A stretch of DNA of 63,738 nt, filler included, from Rhabdomonas costata (GCA_019059605.1; 50 parts of 50 records of this genome joined end to end with filler, not necessarily neighbours in it), one strand, 5' to 3'; positions 1 through 12,892 are shown, counted from the first letter of the whole stretch. Notes: generated by a model from the letters alone, not told the origin. Made by a program: numbers and translations.

Positions 1-1178
1 GGGTTTGGGGTCTCAGGCAGGCATGGACCTCGCCCTTCCTCTCCGGCGCACGGACTTGTGTTCATGTGCCGCGCCGATGCTGGTCAAATATGGCCAGAAG
101 CGGGAGGCAAGAGCCCAAGAGCATCTCACGTCTCCTGGAGTTTGTGAATGGGTTGGTGGCTCTCCTCCAGGCGTCCCATCGCCCCTTCTTTTGAAAGTGG
201 GAGGAGACTTTTTTTCGTTACTGATTCGGCTGAGGGGACACCCACACACATACACCCAATTTGTTTGCACAGGGTAAAAGTTTGGTTGGAGTTCTCCTTG
301 AGGCAGATTCCCCGCAATTGTCGTTGCTTTCTGGGGGGGGGGGGGCTGACTATCCCTTGCTATTCTGTTGAGCGGAAATCCTTGGGAAACCTCACTTGCG
401 CATCAAAACGGGGTTTGATGGGAGTACAATGGCACACGCACACGCAACAAAAACAAACACAAACACAAACCCTCGCTCACCCATGCTCACACTCACAAGC
501 TTCATGAAGAGAGCTAACGAAGCGAGAAAAGACACTGATGGGGGAAACCTCTTTCCTTCCGCGGGCTGTGCGCTTCAGGCCGAAATCGCTGCTTCCGCGA
601 GGGCTGTTCCAGGCAGGTTCCAATCAAGTCTCCCAGCCCAACGGATCCCTCGTGGCCCAGGCAGACATAGAGATGACCTCTGTGCAATCTCCCTCCGATC
701 AGCAACAGAAGGATAAGGATAAGGTGTGGTGGGTATCCTTTTTCTACATCTCGCCTGCCCTCCAGCATCTCAACATCCTCTCTTTCCCTTTCCCAATTTT
801 TTTCACACTTCTCTGGTTTTCTTTTCTTTTCTTTTGCCAACTCTCTTTTTTAAAGCAAAAGTCAAGGCAGCACCGCACTGGTTGTTCATGGTGCGGGCAA
901 TAGCGGGCAATAGGCAATGCATTAACATACACCTGACAACGGTGGAAAAGCGTTTGGTGGAGAACGCGTGGAGGTCAGGTGATCATGGAGGGAAACGGGA
1001 GAGAAAGAAAAACGGAGAACACGGGCCGGGGATGTGGTGTGATTCCAACACGGATATCGTAAGGGTAAAATTATGGAAGGGGGGAGGCGGGCCTGTGTGT
1101 TTCTTTTCTTTGTCTTTTTCTTATCTTATCTTTTCTTTTCTTTTGTATGCTGCCACCTTTGCTCTAAACAACAAACAC

Positions 1179-1278
1179 NNNNNNNNNNNNNNNNNNNNNN
1201 NNNNNNNNNNNNNNNNNNNNNNTTAATTAATTAANNNNNNNNNNNNNNNNNNNNNNNNNNNNNNNNNNNNNNNNNNNN
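1179..1278. other. Artificial contig spacer (44 N + TTAATTAATTAA + 44 N); 49 copies divide the window into 50 contigs
   Basis: Identical 100-bp block about every 1277 bp. The palindromic 12-mer puts stop codons in all six frames. Confidence 0.99.
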
Positions 1279-1358
1279 GTTGTGTTGTGAGGACCCTCTT
1301 TCAGACATTCTCCTCCGTCAAGAATTGAGAATTTTTTTCCGGGGGGGAGGGGTACCAG

Positions 1359-1658
1359 GGCAGCAGCCGTCCCGTGCACTCCTCGCTGGCCGCCCCTGTG
1401 TGGGCCTCCTCTGGTACCCCCTACACCGTGGTCAGCTACATCCCCACCAGTGCGGTCGGGCTGACCTCCGCGGTAAACTTCACCGTGGTGACGGTGCCCA
1501 GCTGTGGGAACGTCTGGGTGGAGGGTGCCTCCCAGACCCCGCTTCAAGCGGGCAGTGAGGTGGCCCAGAACACCAGCCTGTGGTTCAGCTGCGGAAGCCC
1601 CGGCTTCAGTTCCGATGTGCTGGTGTACAGGGCCTGGAATGGCAGCGCTAGCATTCTG
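1359..1658 (+). CDS. Exon of a Ser/Thr/Val-rich, probably extracellular beta-sandwich protein (function unknown)
   Basis: GC3-rich open frame ...GTPYTVVSYIPTSAVGLTSAVNFTVVTVPSCGNVWVEG...SDVLVYRAWNGSASIL, followed by a GT donor. Boundaries are approximate. Confidence 0.4.
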
Positions 1659-1930
1659 GTTCGGTGACACCCTCCCTTCCACTCCCTGGTGTTGACTTGT
1701 GGTCAGTTGGTTTTGCAATGCTGTGTGAAATGCAGTGCAGTGGAGTGCAGTGATTTTGAATTGAGACAGAGAGAAGATAAGAGGATGGATAAACGTTTAA
1801 CGCCCCCCTGAATGCACCCGACCCTCGAACTCCCTCCGCTTTGGGGTGTCATGCAAATTTCTGCTATAGATATCCATGCGGGGTTTTTGTAGCGTGCTTT
1901 AGTCCCACTGATGATTTGATGGTTCTGTAG

Positions 1931-2123
1931 GGCAGAGAACCCGATGACGTGGATGCTTGAGGTCCTGACCTCTGTTCAGCAGGACCTCGCCATTCACTAC
2001 CGCCACAGTGCCCTTTTTGAGGCCACTCAGCGGGAGCTAGAGCAACTCCAGGGCATGGGCGCTGGTGATGGTATCCTTCCAGCGCACGAAGCCGCACTAG
2101 ACGGCTACGCAGCCTCTGCGAGG
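1931..2123 (+). CDS. Exon of a PDR-type ABCG transporter (linker after NBD2)
   Basis: After ctgtag acceptor: AENPMTWMLEVLTSVQQDLAIHYRHSALF...YAAS, matching the PDR NPATWMLEV...DFA..Y..S.L motif. The 3' boundary is uncertain. Confidence 0.7.
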
Positions 2124-2556
2124 GTTGCTGCGGGGGGGGGGGTCAGTGTGTATGTTTGATACTCGGCAATATTGAACTGAATTTTGTGCAGTTCTTGATT
2201 TGTGCTTCATGCTGATGCAAGGCTTGTCGCAGCTGGTCTTGTGTGTATCTTTTTGGTCATAAAATCAAGATCAGATGAAATTATCACCCAGCATAGGAGC
2301 AGAAGTGAAAGAGAGAGAGAGGAAGAAATACAGACGTCGCATCTTCCACCACGGACCTAGACTTGCTGCGGAGCGAAAAGACCCATCCCCCAGCATCCTA
2401 CCCGCCCACATATATCAGCACATTGGTCATTAGTGGCCAATGGTCCCCCCCCACAANNNNNNNNNNNNNNNNNNNNNNNNNNNNNNNNNNNNNNNNNNNN
2501 TTAATTAATTAANNNNNNNNNNNNNNNNNNNNNNNNNNNNNNNNNNNNNNNNNNNN

Positions 2557-3734
2557 GTTTTGTTGGAAATCACATTTCTTAGTTGCCCACGGTACCTGAC
2601 AATGGAATCTAAAAACTGTGCTGCTGTAACCTCAGATGTTTTGAGCTCGTTGGTTGGGATCAGGTGAATCATTTTCGCTCCTCTGTCTGTAACCTTTAGG
2701 ATTTGGTCAAAGACCATAGTGTTTCACGGTAGTTGGCGCTAGTCAACAATGTCCATTCCATTTACACATACTGCTATTTCCGTTTAGTAATCTTTAGAGC
2801 TTCCAGTATACCACGCGGTAGATTGTGCTCTGCCTTAATTAGTTTAAACTTGTGGCAGGTTTTGACATACTCGCGGAAGCTTCGCTTGATGTGGTGAAAA
2901 TTGTAGTGAATTTTGATCATGGCTACCTTCCTGTTAATGACCCAATTTCATGTGCATTGGAATTGTGGATACTTGTGAATAATTTCTGCAATTCTGGATG
3001 CTGGAACGACAATACGGTTGTATTGCACATGCCTACTAATTGGCAGTTTAATGCTCCGTCAACCGTTTGTCCGATGTTGTTGAAAATCTTGGGTCTGAAC
3101 TCGTGTTCGTCACAGTATTGGTTGCCAGTATTTTCCTTGATACATAGTGATGGGCGCGCAGAGATGACCATCAAATTAAATGTACGTTGGCGTTTGCTTT
3201 TAAGTGGCTTATGAGATCAGAGAACTGAAGAACACTGACTAATCCATCGGTTTTCGAGGCAGCGCTTCAGCTTATCGGTTAAGTAACCCGGTATGTGGGT
3301 GATCCTGAGCTATAACGCCTTTAGTTTTTATGTCAATCTTATTTGTACTGGTGAATGGACGGTTTTTACTGCATGTACATTAGTTGGGAGTTGTTAGTAT
3401 ATACATGCACTTCGTCTCCCAGTAGGTAATGACGCCGTGATTAAAAATATCCGCCAATGCTAGTAGTTATTTTTCCGAACGTGGTAGTTATTTACTGCGG
3501 TGGAACGTTTCCAATATAGGCAAGCAACAAGACGTAGGTCCCATTTCTCGAAGTGCTGTGAAATCGATGCACCTACACCAACTTCTCAATCTTCAGTGTT
3601 GTGAATAAGCGACTTGGAAAATTCTGGAACCATAATCGCTTGTTTTTAAGAATTCTCCGTTTGAGCTCCACACTAGATTCTTCTTCATCAGTTGGTGGCG
3701 CTGCAATTGCTGAAACGTTGTTAGAAACCAACAA
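2557..3734 (-). mobile_element. Degraded Ty3/Gypsy LTR retrotransposon pol (RNase H followed by integrase)
   Basis: RNase H remnants (VGVGASISQ, RHYLLGDEVHVYTN, ITHIPG...AEALPRK) precede a decayed zinc-finger region (EYVKTCHK) and the integrase core FDQILKVTDRGAKMIHLIP...AAQFLDSIVRYRG..RNVISN. Many stops and frameshifts. Confidence 0.85.
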
Positions 3735-4662
3735 NNNNNNNNNNNNNNNNNNNNNNNNNNNNNNNNNNNNNNNNNNNNTTAATTAATTAANNNNNNNNNN
3801 NNNNNNNNNNNNNNNNNNNNNNNNNNNNNNNNNNGGGGTGTGGTTGATATCATGCACGATGCATGGGAGTGCGTAGGGAAACTCGAGGCCTGTGAAGAGC
3901 TGCGAGTTTCCCCACCCCCATCACTATCACCATCCCGATAACTTCTGGTGGCGACCCTTCACGTTACCCTGCAAAGTTCTCCCTCGCCCCTTGGAAGAAA
4001 GCGCGAGTTGTCATTAACCGCGGTTATTAACCACTGGCAGCTTCCAATGATGCGAACCGCAGCAAGCCTAATCAAGGCGATTAGTTAGCTGTGGTGTGAT
4101 CCAACAGAAAATGAGAGACAAGAAACCGAAACACCATCCATATAGTATGGACGTTCGTGCTGATTCTCCAGGGAACATGCACGTAAACACAACCTGTCCA
4201 GGAAGCAACGCAGAATTCATCGGAGGGCGGGGAGGGGGGACAACGGACTTTTTTGCCTTCCTCGCGGGAAATCGCGAGGTGTGCAGATCTGACACACCTG
4301 AGGTCAATGAGAATCACACAAAAGCAAACACAGTAACAGCAGCAGCAGCAGCAGCACATGATAAAAAAGCTCCATCGATGTAAAAACGAAGCAATGGAAA
4401 ATAACGACACTACATCCACCGGACCATCGCGCAAAGCCCCACGTGCTGGGCACAAAAAACACACATCAGCACCCCCAGCCACGACTTGGGTTTGGGAAGG
4501 CGCGGAGCGACACGCAAGCAGAAGTGGTGCCAGCGATGTCAGCGAAACATTTTTTACTGAGAAAATACAAATGGAAAAATGATACCGTCTGCAGTGGATG
4601 TGTCACTCTGGAGAAAACTAGGAAAAAAACTAAGAAATGCAAAGCCCTACCCGCCCTTACTC

Positions 4663-4967
4663 TCACGGCAGGCTGGACGGGGGCCCTGGGTCTGATAACG
4701 GGGCTCGCAGCTCCGTGGCGTCCAACACGATCCCAGGGAAGGTTACCGCAGAGGAGGGCGAGAACAGCCCGCTGTGCGACTGTGCACTGAGCGGGTTGTG
4801 GACTTCCCACTTGACGAGGCTTTCGGGGAGCTCGCCCCAGAGTCCCTCGTACACGGCCCGCACGGAAGCCAGCAGGTACTCACAGCTCACAGGCTTAAGA
4901 ACGGTGGCCTGCATTCCAGCATCGGCACAGGACTGGCGGAGCTTCGGCGTGTGATCCGCAGTTACCC
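4663..4967 (-). CDS. Exon with the C-terminal half of a response-regulator receiver (REC) domain, probably from a hybrid histidine kinase
   Basis: After cacag acceptor: GVTADHTPKLRQSCADAGMQATVLKPVSCEYLLASV, matching the REC pattern (G/A)xTA...C..AGM....KP. Confidence 0.7.
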
Positions 4968-5398
4968 CTGTGAACGCCCCCCACCACCAGGGTACGTATC
5001 CCTTTCCGCAACNNNNNNNNNNNNNNNNNNNNNNNNNNNNNNNNNNNNNNNNNNNNTTAATTAATTAANNNNNNNNNNNNNNNNNNNNNNNNNNNNNNNN
5101 NNNNNNNNNNNNGTTGGGTTTGGGCGGTTTTTAGAGAGTTTTCACTTATCGGGACCCGCCGCGGTGGAACCTGTGATCAGTCGCACTTGCTGACGCCATG
5201 GTGGGACATTCTGACTTACTATGTTCACAAATGAAATTTTGCACCTTCGAAACGATACGCAGACACGCAGAGTGAGGGAACCGAACTGCCCCCTCCCTCC
5301 AACCCAGCCTTTCCCTCCCGCCTTCCCTCTCCCTGGATTTGAAATCTATGAGCCCCGCGGTCGGTGGTGTTGTCCTTGCAAAAGGAATTAGATGCAGG

Positions 5399-5553
5399 TG
5401 TGGGTGGGAGGGGGGCTCCACCTTCTTCACCGTCAGCAATCATGGCACCAGAATAACACTTATGAAACAACACGGTTATTACCCTTTCGAACACGACAAC
5501 AAGAACCTCATAAATGTGCCCGCAGTTGATTTTTCCAATGGGGTCAACGCGAG
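5399..5553 (+). CDS. Internal exon of an unidentified protein
   Basis: Bounded by cag and gtgagg; open frame CGWEGGSTFFTVSNHGTRITLMKQHGYYPFEHDNKNLINVPAVDFSNGVNA. Confidence 0.4.
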
Positions 5554-6176
5554 GTGAGGCCTCAGCAATGAGCCCAGTAGAATTGTTAGGGGGCATGGCA
5601 AGCTAAATTGCCCGTGCAAATTAGTCCGAGAAAACTATTATTCGCCTCCTGTTCTCCATAATCTGGCCTGCTTCATTGGTACACCCAAGTAAGCAACTCC
5701 CAGAAAGAATATTGGGCAAACTCAATCACGGCATCCACTCAACGTATGCAAGTGGTCCCATGATCCCAGCACCCCATCACCCCATGCCCTTCCTAGATAC
5801 TAGATACAGGTCTCATGACAGAAGCAGCGAAAGGACGCAGACACAAAGGGCAATACGTCCCTGCTACATGTGTCGTATGCAATGAAGAATATACAAATTG
5901 TCCCCACAACCGAATCCACCCACCCACACACACAGATCATGTCACCAGTTGGCAAAAGCATCAGGTGCCCTAACACATGAGCTTTTCCATTGACACAGTG
6001 TTCACTAGTGTGGCTTAGCTCCCCGCAAGCCAATGGAATGCCCCCCACCCAAAAAAGTGCCCGGTATATACAACACTTGCAGAATTGTACTCAACTGTTG
6101 ATCATGAAGATGGCAGACCACCCATTACTTCCCCACAGTAACATTCCCAAGCCCCTCGCGGGGAAAACCAGGGCAG

Positions 6177-6289
6177 TTACTGCGCCTGCAGTAGCCCCAG
6201 CACCCGCGCCGCCGTCCCACCGCCGCCGTCCCATCGCTGAAGCTGAACCACCCACTCCGCAGGGATTCCCTTCAGCCCGTACACCGCAC
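6177..6289 (-). CDS. C-terminus of an ADP-ribosylglycohydrolase (ARH/DraG family)
   Basis: Not in the ORF track. Reads (G)AVYGLKGIPAEWVVQLQRWDGGGGTAARVLGLLQAQ*, matching the family's terminal GA.YG...IP.EW motif. Confidence 0.7.
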
Positions 6290-8101
6290 NNNNNNNNNNN
6301 NNNNNNNNNNNNNNNNNNNNNNNNNNNNNNNNNTTAATTAATTAANNNNNNNNNNNNNNNNNNNNNNNNNNNNNNNNNNNNNNNNNNNNTTGTGGGTGTG
6401 TTTGGGTGGGGGTTGGGCACCGAGTGAGATAGTAAGTGAGAGAGGGAAACCCTTTTGGGGGGTCCGATAGCATCGTACCCAGTGAGTAGTGAGCGGGGTG
6501 ATTGTGGGTAGGATACGTGGCTTTGTCCAGCTCCTTCTCCACGCCCTTGCCTGCTGTGTGTGGGTGTATACGTTTCTGGGCGGGTGGTTCACTCCCCGCC
6601 TGCCGTGAAGCTTTCGTGCAGCAGAAGTGGGCCTGCCTTCTATTCCTATTTTGCCTTTAGCTTGGAGAGGTTGGTGGGCTGGTCACACCGCTTTTGGCGA
6701 GATGCGTGCGTTTATGTGTGTGTGGTGCCACCGGAACGAGACGGGGTCTGAAAAACGCCCGATAGATTGCAAGGAAAAAAGAAAGTGTTGTCGGGATGCT
6801 CCGCTCTGGAGCGTCCCTTCGTGTGCGTCTCTTTCTGCGTATGCGTCATTTCTTTATCCACCCGCTATCCCTCTTCTCTTTCGTTCTCCCGACACACGTA
6901 CATACACACCAAGAACCACTGTCGGGATCGCCAAATTATGAGCCACTTGAATCTACACTCTGCAGTCACGCGTGCCCGCAAGCTCGTGATGCAGAGATGT
7001 TAATCAGATGTGACTGGGTCACCTTCACCACACTCTGAGTTGCTGAGGCTTCTTTGACAGCCCCTCATTTACATCATTTACATCACCCGAGGATGCTCAG
7101 GGGAATTTGGGGATGAAGGATCAGAAACAAAAAAGGAGAGAAAATTTGAATAGGAGAAAATTGAAAAATGAAAATTCGGAAAATTGCATAAGCTGAAATC
7201 TGGCAGCGCTAGAAAAACACACTACAACGCAATTATCATGCGAGACAATTGGCCCACCGTCCCCATGGCTTTTTAGAGTGGTGGTTACTCTTGAGTTTCC
7301 ACTCAAACGCGCGTGCAAGCGAAAACAAGATAGCAAAAGGGGATGTCGTCAGTCACAAGAAACCTGCACATGACAACAGCAGCAAAGTGTGTCATGAACA
7401 GCTGGTTTCTGTCCCCTGTCCACAAACTCCTTTCGGGGTGGATCTTCTAGTTTGGCGATCGCGTCCTTTCCGGTGGCCTCCTTCCGGCAGCAGGAAAGGC
7501 GACATTCCTTCCCTCTGCCTTCCCCGTTCTTCTTTTTCTCTTTCCTCTTTTCAACCACACCCNNNNNNNNNNNNNNNNNNNNNNNNNNNNNNNNNNNNNN
7601 NNNNNNTTAATTAATTAANNNNNNNNNNNNNNNNNNNNNNNNNNNNNNNNNNNNNNNNNNNNGGGGGGGTTTGAAGCGATAATTCTGCAAAAACGTAACA
7701 TGGATCCTCAAAGGCGAGATGTCATGACCCTCATAAGGTCGTGAAAAACCCTCATAATGTCCAGAAAAATTCCGGATGCATCCCATAATATTGTGTGCCA
7801 TGAGAGAAAACCATGCCACTGTCTCGCCTTTTCAGTGCGCCGTTTGCAAAGATACCGGCCGTTTGCCAAGAGACGTGCTGTTCACTATTTAACTATTTAA
7901 CAGACATTCCACAGCACACTCTCACTTGTAAGTAAGGTAACGCGGGCAATGCAAAGATGGACTAAACGTGGTGAAATTCTTGAGCGCGGAGTACCAGTTT
8001 ACGACACTTGTGCCAAATGCTCTCCGTGTATAACTTCCAGAACTTTTTTAGACTACGCAACCGAGCCTTTCGTTTGCTTTCGGCTTTTTGTATGAACTCC
8101 G

Positions 8102-8489
8102 ATGGCCGCGAAAAGGAATCCCTTCGCCCTGTTTGTGGACGTTCCCACGAGCAGCAGCAGAAGTAGCGGCAGCAGCGGGGGCTCTTGCATGACTTGCCCA
8201 AACAGTGGCGTGGCCCCTTCCGCCTTCTGTGGCCCATGCCTTGCGGACATACCGTCCTCCTCGACTTCAGTGAGCAGGGGACCTTTTGAGACCATCCAGC
8301 TGCCTGCCAGGCTGGGTCTCAATGCAGAGCTTGAGAGGCACTCCGGTGCCCCGAAGGCGGACCCTACCCCTGCTGAAATAAAAGAGGAGCCACCTCCAGC
8401 GATGTACAGGAACTTCACTCCGCTCAGTGTCCTGCTTGCCTCTGCCCCTGCAGCCCAGGGCCCGCCTTCGCACTCTAACGACAGAAGAG
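8102..8489 (+). CDS. Probable first exon of a Ser/Pro-rich hypothetical protein
   Basis: ATG-initiated open frame MAAKRNPFALFVDVP..., with a GT donor near 8490. No recognised domain. Confidence 0.3.
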
Positions 8490-9028
8490 GTTTGTGTACG
8501 TGCTGGTCAGGTGCAGAAGTTTTCGTGAAGTTCTCGTGAAGGAACCAAGAGGAAGTCAATAATTAACCCCAATAATTAACAGGGCTTTTTTTGAACCGAG
8601 TTTTGCCCATTGTTACTGCAAGATATTTTCAGTCACAAGATCAAGGGTAGATTGTAAATTGGTTGCTGCCACTGTCCTTTCTCGGCCAGAAACTACCCTA
8701 CTGCAGGGGCTGCTGGCGATTTATTCTGCAGGGTCGCCGCTTTTTTCCGGCACGGCGCCGGTCTCCAACGGGCCCTTCCCTTCCCAGCCCCGCCCGTCGC
8801 GGCGAGCCTCCTTGCCCGCGGGAGGGTGCTCCCGGCCGTNNNNNNNNNNNNNNNNNNNNNNNNNNNNNNNNNNNNNNNNNNNNTTAATTAATTAANNNNN
8901 NNNNNNNNNNNNNNNNNNNNNNNNNNNNNNNNNNNNNNNTTCTGAAGTATGTGTGATAGTTCTCATGTTTGCGCACGCTCACACGGACTAACAAAGGGGA
9001 ACTTCTTCAATGAACCCCAAAACTCACC

Positions 9029-9161
9029 TTAAAGTCCAGGTTGAGCCAGAACTCCAGGGGCTTCCCCGTGTCTCGCTGCCCCCCCTCTTCGTCATCGAGC
9101 TCCTCCGTCTCAAAGTCTTCTGAGACCAGGCACACCGTGACCTGGCGGGTTTTCATTGTCC
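9029..9161 (-). CDS. Internal exon of a hypothetical protein
   Basis: Bounded by cccag and gtgagt; reads TMKTRQVTVCLVSEDFETEELDDEEGGQRDTGKPLEFWLNLDFK. Confidence 0.45.
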
Positions 9162-12100
9162 TGGGAGTTACAGGAAACGAAGGGCATCTCCGCCACGCCG
9201 CTTTTCATTTCAAGGCCTCCCTTGGTGCGGTATCCCGGACCGACGAGCACGTGAAACAGAACTGACGGTGTTAACATCGGGGCCCATCGGAGGAAATGCT
9301 TTGTGCCCAGCGCTGATCACTGCGAAAAATATTGTTTTGGGTTGGGTCCCCAGCACGGACGCAAAACCAAGCAGGGGCCAACACTGACATTCTCTCTGCC
9401 AACTTTGGTGTGGTAGACAAAGAGTCAGTACAAGCCAACAGCGACGAAACCGTTTGGAGCAGTAATGGCAAAAGAGGGAAGGCAGGGGTAGGTGCATTGC
9501 CTGAATCGGCAGTCCGCACGAATCCCCACCTCGGAAGCAAAGAAGTGAGGGCTGATCTGCACCCGCTTCGTGACCACGAACTCCCGGCCAACCTCCAGCA
9601 CTTTTCCGCGAAGCTGGTGGGAGAGCCCCTTTGTGGGAAGGTGGGGTGGGGAAGCAGCGAAATACCACCCGAATGCGAAGAGCGAAGGACATACTCATAT
9701 ATCTACTAATCCTGCAGCTCAATGGTTCGAGTTGCAAAAGCGAAGTCGCTGGACGAGAAAAGATTTCCATCAGCAGACATCGTACTCTTGCAATTGTAGG
9801 CGAGGTGGTCAGAGAGATCACCCGTGCCTTGCCTCATTGGGTCACCGACACAGCTGCGGATTAACCACAGATCACTCCAAACCAGGCAGGGATGAACCTC
9901 ATGGCGACCCCCCGCACTAGCACAAAAATCCCCCGCATTCTTGCTATTCCAGGTTCACCCACTCTCGTGGCGTGCCTGGTGGCGCGCCTGGGAGTGTAGG
10001 ATGGCTGGCACTGGACAATACCTGGATGGGGGCCTGCACCCACATCGCCCAGGTGGACTCAGGCTCCGGAACTGACCCGTGGGTGGGGGGCCTTTTGCGG
10101 CTGGGTGTCACTTCAGNNNNNNNNNNNNNNNNNNNNNNNNNNNNNNNNNNNNNNNNNNNNTTAATTAATTAANNNNNNNNNNNNNNNNNNNNNNNNNNNN
10201 NNNNNNNNNNNNNNNNGTGTTGGGTGTGGTTGGTGGGTTTTTGCAGGCCCAAGGCCTACCTGCTCCTCCTCAGCCCTAGTCCGAGGCCAAGCTTGTCGCT
10301 GCACCGCCGCCCCCGGGTCACTTCCCGACCCGTGTTTCGATGCCGTGCGTGAAGATGTGAAGAAGGAAGCTCAATGGAAGGAAGAAGGGAAGAGAAAGCA
10401 AGGGAAAAGCAAGGGTGAGCGCACCTCCAAAGTTGTTGATAGTGCCCAGAAACCTTCGCGGGCATGGCCGGGGCAGCGGTTGGCCCAGAAATAGCAGCGG
10501 TGGGTGTACCACTTTCGATTCCTGTGCGACAGGAAATCGCAGTGAACAACTGTTTTTTTTGGGGGGGTCGTTACACGTTTAGAACTGCTAAACATTTCGC
10601 AGTTCCGGTTTTTTAATTATTCAAATTCAATTTTTCTGTTCAATTCCCCTCATCCACGCGACCCTAAAAAAAACGTCAGAACTCTTCACAAGCTGGCGCT
10701 GCCTGACGACGAAAGCGCTGGGGAAAGCTGGCCGTCTTCAAACTTGTATTGCGAGAGAGACCGACTGTTGGCAGACGCTCATTAGGAGCATCCACTATCA
10801 AGGACGTCTGGAAGAACCTGAATCTCCCCCCTCACCAATTTTAACGCACAGACTCCCCAGCAAATTCCAGGAGTGGAGAGACGGGGTATATACGCAGCAC
10901 CTCTGTAGGTGCCGACACAATGGGAAGACGCTGCGGAGTGAGCTCAGGGGCAGGACCCTGGGAGCTCGCAAGCAGCATCGCAACCACGCGAACTAACACC
11001 ACCGCTGCCAGAACGGAGGGCAGGCCCCACCACAGCACCCCCCGAAGCCCCATATCTTTATGGGGTCAAGAAAGCCCACCACAGACGATCGACAATTACG
11101 AAAAAGCGGGAGGGGCGTTCATCTCACTGCACTTGGAAGGAATCGGGGTCGGGGGGCAAAGCCCAAATGGCAGAATGGCAGAAAGCTCCGCCGAGGCAGA
11201 GGTAACCGCTTTGCAAGAGAGAGAAGGGAGGACTGGCCAAGGGATGAAATGCCTGATGCCTTGCAATGCGTACCGACTGCTTTGTCCGTGATACACCGTG
11301 CTCAACCCTCATAGAAATAAGAAATTACCCAAAGGCTACGCAGCATTGAGACTGAGGGTAGAGACTACCCAACAAACCAAACACACCCACCACNNNNNNN
11401 NNNNNNNNNNNNNNNNNNNNNNNNNNNNNNNNNNNNNTTAATTAATTAANNNNNNNNNNNNNNNNNNNNNNNNNNNNNNNNNNNNNNNNNNNNTGTTTTT
11501 GTTGTAAAAAACGCTTGGGAGACGGGGTGGTAGCCCACCACACTTGGCCCACAATGTGTAGGTGGGACATTGAACCATTTCATTTCTACTAAAATTCGGT
11601 AATTTTGTTTCGGCCATTTTCGACACGGGGCCCTGGTCTGGAAGAGCGATGTTAAAAGCGATGTTTGCATTCCTTTTATTTACACACACATACACACACA
11701 CTTGGTGCACTTGGCAAAGGATGGATTTTTCTGGGGAGGACTCGAGGTCCACTTCCCCCCTGGGCTCCCACCTTTCGATGGGGCATGGGACCTTCGGGTC
11801 TCACTCCCTTGTTGGCCCATGGTACTTTGTCCCGCTGTTTTGTCACGTAGGGTTGGTTTACCCCATGTGACTCCCAATCCACAGTGTACGCGGGGCCTTG
11901 GGAACCCCGATTGGCGCGTTTAGAGATCTCTTCGTGGGTACTCAACATTCCTCGCTTCTACACTTTCCCTTGGGCCCCACTGCCCTTGTGGGTTGGGTCC
12001 TCCATCCCACTCCGGGCTTGGACCCGCATTCCTAGTGGACGGACTTGATTACCTTACTATGTCCCTGCTGCCATCTGGACCTCACTTCTCTCCACTCTTC

Positions 12101-12488
12101 GCTTGCCCGGCATCCCTTCGGGCCTTGTGGGCCCTCGGTATTGCACACACACACACAAACCACCTACCCACGCGCATGCGGGCATGCCTTGCAGTAGTAC
12201 TCCTTGTGGCCATCCGGGCGAGTGTTGACATAGGTGCACGCGCTGCACAGCGCACAGGGCTGGGCAGGGCACGGGGAGTGCGAGGAGAAGTAGTCTGCAC
12301 ATAAAAAATAGCAAGATAACAAGCCGTCCACGATTCCAGGAACAAGGAAATCTCACGCAACGCCTATCCCTGACTGGAAGTTTTTTTTTGGTTTGCAGGT
12401 TTGGAGACAAAATTGCCGACACAACACAAACGGATATTGCGGGGAGAGGTGGTGGTGGTGGTGGGGTGAGCAGTGCGCAGCAGAGCAC

Positions 12489-12660
12489 CCTGGGATGTCT
12501 CGAACCACCACCCCTGGCCGGACTGGGTGCTGAAGTACGGCATCCCTGCGAACACTGCCGCACTGGCCGCGGCCCGAACCAGCCCGGCATCCACAGAGAT
12601 GGTGTATCGAACGTCGTAGGTCAGGTTCTTTTGGGCGAAGGTCAACGTAGGGCCTGCGCC
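12489..12660 (-). CDS. Exon encoding the C-terminal part of a bacterial Ig-like (SbsA/Big_5-like) domain
   Basis: LTFAQKNLTYDVRYTISVDAGLVRAAASAAVFAGM...WWFETSQ resembles L......Y.V.I..G.V.D..G..F.G....W.F.T; GT donor follows. Confidence 0.55.
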
Positions 12661-12892
12661 CCCCCCACAACNNNNNNNNNNNNNNNNNNNNNNNNNNNNN
12701 NNNNNNNNNNNNNNNTTAATTAATTAANNNNNNNNNNNNNNNNNNNNNNNNNNNNNNNNNNNNNNNNNNNNTTTTTTTTTTGGAACCAATGTCGATCATC
12801 ATTGGAGGCTGTTCAGCCTGCACTGGCGTAAAAGGCAGTTTGTGTATATCTGGTCCCGCTTCCCCTAAAGAATGAGCGTTTGCCCTGCATCC

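Noticed and set aside
1223..1234. Regularly spaced TTAATTAATTAA repeats resembling a CRISPR-like or nanochromosome array
   Set aside because: Embedded in fixed-length N runs; this is a six-frame stop linker added during assembly processing.
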